Shown: positions 1 through 10,090, counted from the stretch's first letter. The stretch: 64,000 nucleotides of DNA from an uncultured virus (IMG/VR IMGVR_UViG_3300043037_000115) (IMGVR_UViG_3300043037_000115); one strand, 5' to 3'. Made by a program: numbers and translations. The notes: generated by a model not told the origin, from the letters alone.

Positions 1-400
1 GACAGCTACCGGCTGAAAGACAAAATCAAATCCGGCGTGTTCGGAAAAAACAACTGAGGCAGGTGGGTCAAAATTCAGTTGCCGACCGAAACGAAAAGTG
101 GGTCAGTTTTCAACTGCCGTTGACACCACCCAAGCGTATTGGCTTTGTTCTTCTATAAACCCCGGTCCGGCCATGCACGAAGGCCTCGGCCATGCCGCTG
201 CTTTCTGGACTGGGTGTAGGCGTAAAAGGCCTGCAACCCCAGCCAAGAAGGCCGTCGGCTGACTGAGAACTCGTGAGTAAGCGGCGGTGTCTGCCTCTTG
301 CTGGCAATGGTGACGGTTAAAGCCATTGCCAGCAAAAGAAATATTTTTGATAATTTCGGCTTGTAGTACAGAGATTGGCCAGACTGTGGGATTTTGACTA

Positions 401-1639
401 CTAAACGTCTCTGTAGTTGAGAATTTTGCACTTTCTAATGCATGCATCAGTGAGATGGTAGTCTCTGCTTAGGGTTTTATTGTCAGAGGCTGTTCGACAA
501 TGATTCGTCTTGATGCCTGTAAGAGATCTAAATGCCTGCGCCTGTGTTTGTCCGTCAAAATAAATGCGGTCCCACAGCCATAATCCGATAAGCCGCACTT
601 GGCTGTCCAGCTGTTCATACTTTGAGGTGTATATTGCCGTATGGACTTTTGACAGAGGAATTGTGTTTTGTATTCCTCTAGGTGCTGTTTCTGGATATGT
701 GGTGTAATGCCATGCGTTATAAGCAACAACTTGGTGGTGAATCGTTTGTACATTACGTTCTATAAAAGATTTTGTTGTATTGGGTTTTTCCAGAGACTTA
801 CATGGGATAACAACCTGTATCAGTGCTTGATCGCTAAAGAGAAAAGGATTTTTTGTGTCTAGTTGCTTTTTTTTCTTTAGCATGTTTAGGGTTGAAGTTA
901 TAGCAATCTTTGTTGCAGAGCTGTCTGAATAGGCGTTTGGCGTAATGTAAAGGTAATAATATCCTTCGCGATGTTTCTCAAAGAATGAATTGCCATTTTT
1001 TTCTTTATAGTTGAATGTTATTTCAGTATCTTTTTTTCTTGCATATCTAATGAACTGAATGTTTTGTATCTTTTTAATGCATGAAGAAATTTCTTTCTTG
1101 CATTGCAGTACGTCTTCAACTTCACTTGTTAGACTTGCGCTAATGTGTTTAGTTGTGAATGTGTAGCCATATTTGTGAGACACAAAAAGAAAGAAATCTA
1201 AAGCTTTTCGTTCCTCTTTGTGGAGATCTGCCATGTTGAAAATATGGTTTTTTTCCATGGGAAGCAATTGAAATTGATACTTACTCTTTTTATTTTTAAT
1301 GTTGTTGTATTCAATAATTAACTCTCTGAGTACTGCGCTTGCAACTTCCATGTCGATTCCATGCTCAACTAGCATCATTTTTAATGTCATGCTGTATTTG
1401 TCGTAACGCCTTTTGAAGGCGTTGCTCTTAGCGATGTCGGAAAGAAAGCATCTTGCAGCATAATGGTAGTCGAAAAATAGTTGCTGCTCGATTTTTTGAA
1501 CGTCCTCGTCGTTTAGAGCCTGCGGGCCAAGTGTATGACACGCCTCCTTTTTTGCCTTGCGCAGGTAGCTTTTGGTTTCATTTGATTTGTGATCTGTAAG
1601 CTCAGACACTCCTGTGTCTTGAAGGTCATCTTTTTGCAT
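401..1639 (-). CDS. AT-rich hypothetical protein (412 aa), island cargo
   Basis: Long ORF starting 3 bp after the integrase stop; much lower GC than the prophages. Confidence 0.75.
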   Translation of the reverse strand: MQKDDLQDTGVSELTDHKSNETKSYLRKAKKEACHTLGPQALNDEDVQKIEQQLFFDYHYAARCFLSDIAKSNAFKRRYDKYSMTLKMMLVEHGIDMEVASAVLRELIIEYNNIKNKKSKYQFQLLPMEKNHIFNMADLHKEERKALDFFLFVSHKYGYTFTTKHISASLTSEVEDVLQCKKEISSCIKKIQNIQFIRYARKKDTEITFNYKEKNGNSFFEKHREGYYYLYITPNAYSDSSATKIAITSTLNMLKKKKQLDTKNPFLFSDQALIQVVIPCKSLEKPNTTKSFIERNVQTIHHQVVAYNAWHYTTYPETAPRGIQNTIPLSKVHTAIYTSKYEQLDSQVRLIGLWLWDRIYFDGQTQAQAFRSLTGIKTNHCRTASDNKTLSRDYHLTDACIRKCKILNYRDV

Positions 1640-1642
1640 AAT

Positions 1643-2806
1643 CTATTCCTTGGTGCTCAGTGCTTTGTAATAGTCGGGAGCAAGGTGTGCATACCGCTCC
1701 GTCATGGCAAGTGATGAATGTCCTAACAGCTCTTTGACATTATAAAGCGGAGTTCCATTGGCGACAAGTCGCGATGCAAACGTATGTCGTAACGTATGAA
1801 AACATACCCGGTTTCTGGTGTCCGTTACATCCGAATTGAAGAGCTCATCAGCAACACGTCCGAATGTTTTGGAAACTCTTGCCATGGGTTTGCCTTCATA
1901 GTCAGGAAAAATTAGATCTCCAGCTCGATCTGGTCTATTTAGTAATAACATGCTGCGTATCGTTTGGTTTATGTATGTGAATCTGTTCCTTCGTGATTTT
2001 GGATCGCGGATAAATAGTCTTTCATGTTCAAGGTCAACATCTTCCCAACGCAGGTTGGCGATTTCTCCAAAGCGAAGGCCGCACTCCAGTGACAGGAGAG
2101 CTATGTCGTGCGTCTTTTGCGACTTATCCCGTAAGGCCGAAAGGAGTGTGTCTATTTCAGCTGGCTTCAAGTAGCGCTGTCTCTTGTTATCTCTTGCGGG
2201 GAGCTTGAGCCTTTTTGCAGGACATGTGCCGTCTGCTATCCCGTAGTTCTGGGCTAGAGTCCACATCTGAGAGAACAGTGCTAAGGCATATTTGATGGTA
2301 GCAGGGGCACGCCCTGCTTTCATCATCCGTCTTTTCACTTCTTCCAGATCTTTTGTCGTGGTTGTGGCCAGTGGAATTTGCCCTATGATGGGGCAGAGCC
2401 ATTTTTCCCATAGTGCTTTTTCGGCGTCGAGGCTGCCTTGCGCTTTATGGCTCTGGCTCGGCCAGTAATATTCATGCCAAAATGAACCTGAGGTTATGAA
2501 TCTGGCTTTAGCCGCTTGTTGCGCTTGTTTATTTCGTTCCTCTTCCTCACGTAGAGCCCGTCTTTGGCTGGCAAGAGTTGTGGCGCCCTTGCCTGTGCGC
2601 TTAGCCTCTTTTAGTTCTGCAAGTCTTATTCTGGCTTTTTCAAGCGTTACTCCTTCAGATGCCCAGCCTAGAGCTTCTTGGTGCATTTTGCCTTCTGACG
2701 AGTGACGCAGCACAAAATATCTGTCTGGCTTGACCCCGTGTTTTCGTGTGGGGTGTTCTTTATAGCGGATACCTCGATCAATCTTGATCCAATTTGCTTT
2801 TGTCAT
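1643..2806 (-). CDS. Tyrosine recombinase/integrase with N-terminal arm-binding domain
   Basis: Motifs GLRFGE, FHTLRH, LGHSS, RYAH; GGAGG RBS before ATG at 2806. Confidence 0.95.
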   Translation of the reverse strand: MTKANWIKIDRGIRYKEHPTRKHGVKPDRYFVLRHSSEGKMHQEALGWASEGVTLEKARIRLAELKEAKRTGKGATTLASQRRALREEEERNKQAQQAAKARFITSGSFWHEYYWPSQSHKAQGSLDAEKALWEKWLCPIIGQIPLATTTTKDLEEVKRRMMKAGRAPATIKYALALFSQMWTLAQNYGIADGTCPAKRLKLPARDNKRQRYLKPAEIDTLLSALRDKSQKTHDIALLSLECGLRFGEIANLRWEDVDLEHERLFIRDPKSRRNRFTYINQTIRSMLLLNRPDRAGDLIFPDYEGKPMARVSKTFGRVADELFNSDVTDTRNRVCFHTLRHTFASRLVANGTPLYNVKELLGHSSLAMTERYAHLAPDYYKALSTKE

Positions 2807-2839
2807 CACAGCCTCCCAGGCACATATGCCTAAAAAATC

Positions 2840-2863
2840 TGTGCCAGTTTTGTGCCAGTTTTG
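2840..2863. repeat. Tandem TGTGCCAGTTT repeats, putative integrase arm-type sites
   Basis: tgtgccagttttgtgccagttttg between the integrase start and the att core. Confidence 0.55.
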
Positions 2864-2974
2864 CAAGAGAAGCTGAGTGAAGTGTAGGCTGGGATAGTGA
2901 AGAGTGACTTGTCTAATACACTTTTTTTTATGGAATATGTTGTTTTCTAGATATCACCTGAGTTCACATGGCCA

Positions 2975-2985
2975 TTGAATGGTAA
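2975..2985 (+). other. Hybrid att junction (left inversion breakpoint)
   Basis: TTGA-ATGG (island att arm) joined to TAAcccATG (phage stop codon plus terS start). Confidence 0.8.
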
Positions 2986-2988
2986 CCC

Positions 2989-3519
2989 ATGGCCCACGCG
3001 GAAGAAACGCGCCGTGCGGTGCGTAGCGCCTATATTTATGACCAGCTGCCGTTAGAGCGTGCGGCAGTTGCGGGCGGGGTGCCTGCTTCCACAGCCGCCC
3101 GCTGGAAGCGTAAAGCCAAGGCCGAAGGCGACGACTGGGACAAGGCCCGCCTTGCCTGTGCCCTCATGTCCGGCGCTACCGGCGGTGTGGAAAGTGTCAC
3201 CCGCCAGATGCTTGCCGACTATCTGGTGCAGCACAAAGCATTAATAGATCAATTACGTGATGATACGGACAGTGAGCTAAGCGCCGCACAAAAGGCGGAT
3301 ATACTGGCCAGCCTTGCCGACAGCTTTAACAAAACCGTATCCGCCTGCCGCAAGGTTATGCCTGAAACAAATGAACTGGCCATCGCTTTGGAAGTACTGG
3401 CCCTGCTGGGAGAGTTTGTACGCGAACACTTCCCGGAAAGGGGCGAGGCTCTGGTGGCTGTGCTGGAACCGTTCGGGCATGTACTCTCGCAACACTATGG
3501 CAGCAAAGGAAATAAGTAG
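2989..3519 (+). CDS. Mu gp27-like small terminase (DUF1804-like)
   Basis: N-terminal HTH, GDDWDKAR motif, position before terL. Confidence 0.8.
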   Translation: MAHAEETRRAVRSAYIYDQLPLERAAVAGGVPASTAARWKRKAKAEGDDWDKARLACALMSGATGGVESVTRQMLADYLVQHKALIDQLRDDTDSELSAAQKADILASLADSFNKTVSACRKVMPETNELAIALEVLALLGEFVREHFPERGEALVAVLEPFGHVLSQHYGSKGNK

Positions 3520-3527
3520 AGGTTGCC

Positions 3528-5192
3528 ATGGGACGCTTGAAGGAAAAGCTGAGCCGTAAAGATTTTCTGCAGGCATTAGCAGATCTGTCTGCCACACTGC
3601 GTCAGCAGATAGAGGCGGATTGTCAGGGTTTTGCCGCGGACCCCGAAGCCAGCAGGCAGCGCCGCGAACGCGCCAAAGGCGATTTTGTTTTTTTCAGGCG
3701 CACGTATTTTCCTCATTACGTGCGCACTTCTTCTGACGGCGGCGATTCGTTGCTGCACCAGTGGCTGGATACGGAGCTGCCCGCCATTATTGAGGCTGTA
3801 ACCGGCATCAAACTGGCAGTTGCCGCACCGCGTGGCGAGGCGAAAAGCACCTATGTGGCGCTGTTTTTTGTACTGTGGTGCGTTGTTACCCAGCGTAAGC
3901 ACTATATTTTGTTGATAGCTGACGCGCTGACGCAGGCCGCCGCCCTGCTGGAAGCTGTCAAGGTTGAGCTGGAAGCGAATCCGCGGCTAGCCATGGACTT
4001 TGCAGAGGCCTGCGGGCGCGGCCGTGTGTGGAACGAAGCGACCACAGTAACCGCCGGTAATATCAAACTGCAGGCTCTGGGCGCCGGCAAGCGTATGCGC
4101 GGGCTGCGTCATGGCCCGTACCGGCCTGATCTGGCCATTCTGGACGATCTGGAAAACGACGAGAACGTACAGAAACCCGAGCAACGCGACAAGCTGCAGG
4201 GCTGGCTGCAGCGTACTGTCTTATCGCTGGGACCAGCCGACGACAGCATGGATGTTATCTATGTGGGTACCATCCTGCACTATGACAGCGTGCTTGCCCG
4301 CACCATGAAAAAGCCCATGTGGCGGTCCAAAGCCTTTCGCGCCATCGTCACCTGGCCTGAACGCATGGACTTGTGGGACAAGTGGGAAAACCTGCTGCAG
4401 GCGGAAGGTCAGGAGTCCGCCGACCGTTTTTACAACGAGAACACACAGGCCATGCAGCGCGGTGCGGTGGTGTCGTGGCCGGCCATGCGTCCGCTGTACA
4501 AGCTGATGCTCAAACGGGCAGAAGACCATAGCGCCTTTGATGCCGAACAGCAGAACGATCCGCTTTCTTCCGACAGCGCCCCTTTTGCCGCCTGTATTGC
4601 CTTCTGGGTGGACAGGCGCAGCGACTGGCTGCTGTTCGGCGCGGTGGACCCATCACTGGGCAAGCATGGTGCCGGCCGTGACCCATCGGCCATTCTGGTA
4701 GGCGGATTCAACCGTGCCAGCATGACGCTGGATGTGGTGGAAGCCCTTATCCGCAAGCGGCATCCCGACAGGATAATCGAAGACATTATTGCCATTCATC
4801 TGCAGTACCGCTGCCTGATGTGGGCGGTAGAGGCTGTGCAGTTTCAGGAATTTTTTGCGCATGTCCTGACCCAGCGCGCAGCGGAAAGGGGGATTCCCCT
4901 GCCTGTCCGGCCCATCACCAACAGTACCGACAAACTGCTGCGCATTGAAACGCTGCAGCCCTATATGGCTCAGGGGCGCATCAGAGTGCATTCCAGCCAG
5001 AATACGCTGATTGACCAGTTACGGCACTTTCCCAAAGCAGATCACGATGACGGCCCGGATGCCCTTGAAATGCTCTGGCGTCTGGCATCGGGCGGTTTTG
5101 TAAGCTTGAGGGACGCTTTTGAAGCCGTTCCGCAGGCGAATGCCTTCAGGGGAATGTCTGACATCGAGGAGGATTCCCGTGGTTTCTTTTAA
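3528..5192 (+). CDS. Terminase large subunit
   Basis: APRGEAKST Walker A, ILDDLE Walker B, C-terminal HDDGPDA nuclease motif. Confidence 0.93.
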   Translation: MGRLKEKLSRKDFLQALADLSATLRQQIEADCQGFAADPEASRQRRERAKGDFVFFRRTYFPHYVRTSSDGGDSLLHQWLDTELPAIIEAVTGIKLAVAAPRGEAKSTYVALFFVLWCVVTQRKHYILLIADALTQAAALLEAVKVELEANPRLAMDFAEACGRGRVWNEATTVTAGNIKLQALGAGKRMRGLRHGPYRPDLAILDDLENDENVQKPEQRDKLQGWLQRTVLSLGPADDSMDVIYVGTILHYDSVLARTMKKPMWRSKAFRAIVTWPERMDLWDKWENLLQAEGQESADRFYNENTQAMQRGAVVSWPAMRPLYKLMLKRAEDHSAFDAEQQNDPLSSDSAPFAACIAFWVDRRSDWLLFGAVDPSLGKHGAGRDPSAILVGGFNRASMTLDVVEALIRKRHPDRIIEDIIAIHLQYRCLMWAVEAVQFQEFFAHVLTQRAAERGIPLPVRPITNSTDKLLRIETLQPYMAQGRIRVHSSQNTLIDQLRHFPKADHDDGPDALEMLWRLASGGFVSLRDAFEAVPQANAFRGMSDIEEDSRGFF

Positions 5193-6780
5193 TGACCTTA
5201 TGCAAGCTGCACGCGGCTTTGTGCGTTCGGCACTGGCCAAGGGGCTGCAGCAGACCGATGGATACTCCGCCGTCGGCACGCTGGAAGTGCTGAACAAATG
5301 GGCCAACCTGACACACGGGCTGACGCCTGCACGCCTGCGCACCATACTGCAGTCGGCCGATGAAGGTGAAATACTGGAGCAGCACAAACTGTTTGCCGAT
5401 ATGGAAGACCGTTGCGACCATCTGGCGGCAGAGTTGTCCAAGCGCAAGCGCGCTCTCCTGACGCTGGACTGGGACATTCAGCCGGGGCGTGCAGGAGATG
5501 CCAAGGCGGAACGGGTAGCGGAAGCGGTTAAAGAACAGTTTGAAGCCCTCAGCAATGTGGAAGACCTGATGCTGGATATGGCTGACGCCATAGGCCACGG
5601 CTTTGCCGCGCTTGAAATCGAATGGGGCCGCGAAGGATCGCTGCACCTGCCGCAGGCTTTTCATTTCCGCCCGCAGACGTGGTTTCAGACGCACCCGAAT
5701 AATTTGAACAGCCTCCGGCTGCGTGATGGCACATCAGAAGGCGCAGAGCTTCTCCCCTTCGGCTGGGTGCTGCATGTGCACCGTTCACGTTCCGGCTGGC
5801 TGCCCCGTGCCGGTCTGTTCCGTGTACTGGCGTGGAGCTTTCTGCTGCGTGAATATGCACTGTCCGCCCATGCCGCATATGTTGACGTGCATGGCCTGCC
5901 GTTCCGCCTGGGCAAATACCCCCCCGGCAGCAGCAAGGAAGATAAAGCCGCTTTGCGTCGGGCGCTGCAGTATCTGGGGCGCGATGCTTCCGGCATTATT
6001 CCTCAGGGGATGGAAATCCTGTTTGAAACGCCGGCCAACAGCAGCCATGATCATTTCGGGGCGCTGGCAGACCGCTGCGAACGCGGCATGAGCAAAGCCA
6101 TTCTGGGGGGCACGCTGACCAGTCAGGCCGACGGAAAAACCAGCACCAATGCCCTGGGCAACGTGCATAACGAAATCAGGCATGACCTGCTGATCTCCGA
6201 TGCGCTGCAGCTGGCCGGTACGTTGACGCGTCAGGTGCTGGCGCCGCTGGCCATCCTCAACAGCGGTGTAAACGACCCGCGTCTGCTGCCGTGGTTCCGC
6301 TTTGATACGCGTGAGGCAGAAGACTTGACCCAGTATGCCGATGCGCTGCCGAAGCTCGCTGCGGTCATGCGCATTCCGGCGTCATGGGTGCATGAAAAAC
6401 TTAAAATTCCTGTGGCCGGCAAGGATGAAGACATTCTTATGCCTGTTGCGCCTGCAGCCAGCCCCGCAGTGCCTGCAGCTCTGGCAGCGTTGTCTGCTGT
6501 TGCAGCACCGGCAGGTGGTGATGCCTACCCCGACCAGACTGCGGTGGACGCTGTTCCCGTGCCGGATAAAGAGCTGCATAAGGCTATGGAAGCCATGCTG
6601 GCCCCCTTGATGGATGAGGTGCGGCAGGGAGCTGACCCCGCTGATCTGCTCGGAAGACTGGGGGAACTGTATCCGCAGATGGACGGCGGGCAGCTGGAAG
6701 ACTTGCTGGCGCGGGCCTTGTTTGTGGCCGAAGTGTGGGGCAGCCTCAGTGCCTCTGACGAACAGCGTCCGGACTCATAG
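5179..6780 (+). CDS. Portal protein (Mu gp29/DUF935-like)
   Basis: SKAILGGTLTS...ALGNVHNEIR motif; GTG start with GGAGG RBS. Confidence 0.9.
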   Translation: MVSFNDLMQAARGFVRSALAKGLQQTDGYSAVGTLEVLNKWANLTHGLTPARLRTILQSADEGEILEQHKLFADMEDRCDHLAAELSKRKRALLTLDWDIQPGRAGDAKAERVAEAVKEQFEALSNVEDLMLDMADAIGHGFAALEIEWGREGSLHLPQAFHFRPQTWFQTHPNNLNSLRLRDGTSEGAELLPFGWVLHVHRSRSGWLPRAGLFRVLAWSFLLREYALSAHAAYVDVHGLPFRLGKYPPGSSKEDKAALRRALQYLGRDASGIIPQGMEILFETPANSSHDHFGALADRCERGMSKAILGGTLTSQADGKTSTNALGNVHNEIRHDLLISDALQLAGTLTRQVLAPLAILNSGVNDPRLLPWFRFDTREAEDLTQYADALPKLAAVMRIPASWVHEKLKIPVAGKDEDILMPVAPAASPAVPAALAALSAVAAPAGGDAYPDQTAVDAVPVPDKELHKAMEAMLAPLMDEVRQGADPADLLGRLGELYPQMDGGQLEDLLARALFVAEVWGSLSASDEQRPDS

Positions 6781-6781
6781 T

Positions 6782-8056
6782 ATGCCGCAGCCTGTGAACC
6801 TTTCTTATGCCATCGGCCTGCCGCCCGCCGATGCCATCGCCTACTTTGAATCAAAGGGCTATGCCGTAACTGCCAACTGGCATGAGATGTGGCAGCAGGC
6901 CCATGCCCGTGCGTTTACCGTGGCCGGTGTGGCAAAGCTGGATGTGCTGGAAGATATACGCAATGCCCTTGCGGTAAAATTGCGCGAAGGCAAAAGCGAG
7001 CGCTGGTTCATGCAGCAGCTGGAACCCGTATTGCGCAAAAAAGGCTGGTGGGGCAAACGGCTGGAACAAGGCGCGGACGGTACCCCGCGTGTCGTGCGCA
7101 TGGGCAGTCCGGCACGGCTGCGGCTTATCTTTCGTCAGAATGTACAGACAGCATACATGGCCGGCCGGTACAGACAGCAGCGGCAAAATGCTGCTGCCCG
7201 CCCGTACTGGCAGTATGTGGCGGTGCTGGATGCGAAAACGCGCCCGGCGCACAGCGCCCTGCACGGCAGAGTGTTTGCCCATGATGATGCCTTTTGGGGC
7301 AGCCATTACCCGCCTAACGGCTGGGGGTGCCGTTGCCGCGTGCGGACGTTGTCCGGCCATCGCCTGCAGCGCGAGGGCCTGCAGGTGGAAAGCAGCGCGG
7401 GCCGTATGGTCACCAGACAGCAGCAGGTCACAGACTCCCGCACCGGCGAGGTACATAACCGCGAAGTCACAGGATACCGCCTGCCCGGCACGGCAACCCG
7501 CAAAGGCGGCGAAGAAGCTGTTGCCTGGACAGACTTAGGCTTTTCGTACAACGCCGGTGCCGCCGGTATGGAACATATGCTGGCACAGGCAGTGCAAAAG
7601 CTTGAAGCCGCCAGCCACCCTGCAGCAGCCGCCACAGTGCGCCACCTGACAGCCGGACCGGCTTTTGCGCAATGGCAGGCCGCGCCGCAGGGCAGTTTTC
7701 CTGTTGCAAAGCTGGCACCGCACCACGCGGAACAGCTGGATACGGGCGCCACGGTTGCACGGCTTTCATCTGAGACATATGCAAAACAGCGTAGTCAGCA
7801 TCCGGAACTGCAGCAGGCCGATTACGCCCGCATACAGGATGTGGTGGAGCGGGGAGAAGTTGTCCGGCAAAATCCGCAGAAACTGCTGTTCTTTATGGAT
7901 GACCCGCAAGGGTATGTAACAGTGGTCAAAGCCACCCGCAAAAAAGACGAGCTGTATGTGGTCAGCTTCTGGCGGCTGAGCGCCGATGACGCAGGCAGGC
8001 AGCGCATTATCCGGCAGCTGCGGGCAAAGGATAAGGGCGGGAAAGAAGGCAGGTAA
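6782..8056 (+). CDS. MuF head morphogenesis protein with C-terminal PBECR-like nuclease extension
   Basis: TRPAH...PPNGWGCRC MuF motif; C-terminal KQ..HPEL..DY..VVSFWR segment resembles PBECR2 (RelE-like fold). Confidence 0.85.
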   Translation: MPQPVNLSYAIGLPPADAIAYFESKGYAVTANWHEMWQQAHARAFTVAGVAKLDVLEDIRNALAVKLREGKSERWFMQQLEPVLRKKGWWGKRLEQGADGTPRVVRMGSPARLRLIFRQNVQTAYMAGRYRQQRQNAAARPYWQYVAVLDAKTRPAHSALHGRVFAHDDAFWGSHYPPNGWGCRCRVRTLSGHRLQREGLQVESSAGRMVTRQQQVTDSRTGEVHNREVTGYRLPGTATRKGGEEAVAWTDLGFSYNAGAAGMEHMLAQAVQKLEAASHPAAAATVRHLTAGPAFAQWQAAPQGSFPVAKLAPHHAEQLDTGATVARLSSETYAKQRSQHPELQQADYARIQDVVERGEVVRQNPQKLLFFMDDPQGYVTVVKATRKKDELYVVSFWRLSADDAGRQRIIRQLRAKDKGGKEGR

Positions 8057-8062
8057 AAAAGG

Positions 8063-8170
8063 GAGCGGACGGTGGGGCCTGCCACCCGCAAACGCGGAAA
8101 CCCCACAAAGCGCTCCGGACAAAAAAGCCCGTGCTACGGCAGGCAGAATATCACCGTGTCACATCCGCTC
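8063..8170 (+). ncRNA. Candidate structured, pseudoknotted RNA after MuF
   Basis: Helices 8063-69/8164-70, 8069-74/8152-57, 8072-77/8101-06, 8077-83/8138-44, 8109-13/8131-35. Confidence 0.5.
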
Positions 8171-8192
8171 ATCTGTATAGGGGAGAATAGCC

Positions 8193-8684
8193 ATGATTGA
8201 AATCACGGTCAATCTGGACGCGTTAGAAAAGCAGCTCGCCAGACTGGCAGACCTGGGCCGCGACATGAGTCCCGTTACCATGCAGCTGGCCGGCATTCTG
8301 GCAGACGCCTCGGAACGGGCCTTTGCAGAAGAACGCGACCCCGTCAGCGGCGAAGCATGGCATCCGCTTTCGCCGGTCACCATAGGCCAACGCGCAAAAA
8401 CAGGACATGAAGACAGCCCCATCCTGCAGGTGCGGGGCCTGCTGGCAGCCAGCATCCAGACAGCGTACGGCCCGGACTTCGCCGTGGCAGGCACCAACGA
8501 ACCCCACGCCCGTACGCACCAGTTCGGCGCTCTGCGCGGTGCCCATGGCCGCACCGGGCGCGGCGGTCCTATACCATGGGGCACAGTTGTGCCCCGCCCG
8601 TTTCTGGGTATCGGGCCGGATGATGAAGAAGAAATTATGGGAGTGCTTCGTGACAATGTACGAAAAGCACTTGGCGGCGATTAG
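8193..8684 (+). CDS. Virion morphogenesis protein (Mu gpG-like)
   Basis: GTN...HQFG and PRPFLG motifs. Confidence 0.88.
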   Translation: MIEITVNLDALEKQLARLADLGRDMSPVTMQLAGILADASERAFAEERDPVSGEAWHPLSPVTIGQRAKTGHEDSPILQVRGLLAASIQTAYGPDFAVAGTNEPHARTHQFGALRGAHGRTGRGGPIPWGTVVPRPFLGIGPDDEEEIMGVLRDNVRKALGGD

Positions 8685-8804
8685 AGCGAAGATATTGCCG
8701 CTTGCGGACATCGGTCTGCAAACAGGCGGCTTCGCAAAATCTAACGCAGGGCTAACGCCCTTTGCCAAGGGATTATCCAGCGACAAAGAAAGTACTCCTA
8801 CCTT

Positions 8805-8856
8805 CTGAACCCCTTCCACCTGTCCTGACCATCCGTGCCCCCGTATATCGGGGGCA
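8805..8856 (+). promoter_or_regulatory. Late promoter (activator box plus palindromic -10) for the protease/capsid operon
   Basis: CTGAACCCCTTCCACCTGTCCTG also at 21474 and 30317(-); TATATC inside TGCCCCCG/CGGGGGCA. Confidence 0.75.
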
Positions 8857-10088
8857 TGACGCATTTATCCACCAGACATACCGCATACCCTGCCGCCAGT
8901 CTTGCGGTGCCGCTGTCACAAGGCGGTGCCGGGCACTCTGATCTGCCGGAAATGCTATCGCAAAAAGAGCTGCCGGCGGGCTGCAACATCCAGTTGTTTC
9001 CGGAAGGCCGCTTTGCCGCGCGTGACGGCCGCCCTGCCACCATTACAGAAGGCAGGCTCACCCACTGGCAGATGGATGCCTCCATTGCCGAAGCCATCAT
9101 CGCAGCCGCAGAGGCCCGCGAAACACCCATTGTCATAGATTACGAGCATCAGTCTCTGAACGCCCGTGCCAACGGGCAGCCCGCGCCCGCTTCCGGCTGG
9201 CTGCAGCGGCTTGTCTATGTGGCCGGCAAAGGTCTGTTCGCCTCCGTCAGCTGGACGGATAAGGCGCGCGGCTACATTGATGCCGGCGAATACAAATACA
9301 TATCCCCGTACTTTTCTTTTGATCCCGAAACCGGCGCCGTGCTGGCGCTGATCAACGCGGCCCTGACCAACACCCCCGCGCTGGACGGCTTAGACGCCGT
9401 GGCGCTGGCGCTGGGCAATGTGCACGCGGCCTCTGCGCACGTACAGGCCGCACAGACAACAGAACAGGAGACAACCATGGATGAACTACTGGAACGCCTG
9501 CGCTGGATGCTCAACTTGCCGGTAACGGCAACAGCAGCCGACATCACGGCGCAGCTGGACAAGCTCAAAGACATGCTGGGGGCAAGCGATGCGGCAGCAG
9601 CGTCGGACCAGCCCGGGGGCACCCCCGTAAGCCTGCTGGACGTGTTGCAGCACAAAGACAGCCAGATTGCGGCGCTGACGCAGCAGGCCGCAACCCCTGA
9701 CCCTGCCAGGTTTGCACCCGTAGCGGCCCTCACCGCATTGCAGCAGGCCAACGCGGCATTGAAAAACCGTGTTGCCGAGCTTGAAACCAGCAGCATTGAG
9801 AACGCGCTGAATGCGGAAATCGACGCCGCGCTCAGCGACGGAAGGCTGAACAAGGCTGTGGAGGGCTGGGCACGCGGCCTGGCCAAGGATGCCCCCGACA
9901 CACTGCGTACCTTCCTGAGCAGCGCCGTGCCTGTGGCGGCCCTTGGGGCCATGCAGACCGGCGGCGTACCGCCCGCCGGTACGCAGGACTCCAGCGCGGC
10001 CCTGACGGCAGAAGAAGATTACGTCATCAACCAGCTCGGGATTACGCCCGAGGAATACCACGCCGCAAAAAGCGGTAAAGGAAACTAG
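8856..10088 (+). CDS. Mu gpI-like prohead protease/scaffold
   Basis: IDYEHQ, YKYISP, AALTNTPAL motifs. Confidence 0.9.
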   Translation: MTHLSTRHTAYPAASLAVPLSQGGAGHSDLPEMLSQKELPAGCNIQLFPEGRFAARDGRPATITEGRLTHWQMDASIAEAIIAAAEARETPIVIDYEHQSLNARANGQPAPASGWLQRLVYVAGKGLFASVSWTDKARGYIDAGEYKYISPYFSFDPETGAVLALINAALTNTPALDGLDAVALALGNVHAASAHVQAAQTTEQETTMDELLERLRWMLNLPVTATAADITAQLDKLKDMLGASDAAAASDQPGGTPVSLLDVLQHKDSQIAALTQQAATPDPARFAPVAALTALQQANAALKNRVAELETSSIENALNAEIDAALSDGRLNKAVEGWARGLAKDAPDTLRTFLSSAVPVAALGAMQTGGVPPAGTQDSSAALTAEEDYVINQLGITPEEYHAAKSGKGN

Positions 10089-10090
10089 CC

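Larger units (their letters stand above)
1..2982 (-). mobile_element. End of a tRNA-Ala-targeting integrative element (genomic island), continuing left of the window
   Basis: Tyrosine integrase next to the half att core TTGA-ATGG (2975-2982), which matches the tRNA-Ala(GGC) anticodon arm; AT-rich cargo gene. Confidence 0.75.

Noticed and set aside
2840..2863. TGTGCCAG repeats as a Mu end of prophage 1
   Set aside because: They resemble the TGTGCCAAA end sites but lack a TG/CA terminus with the matching duplication; both true ends are accounted for at 27906 and 40060
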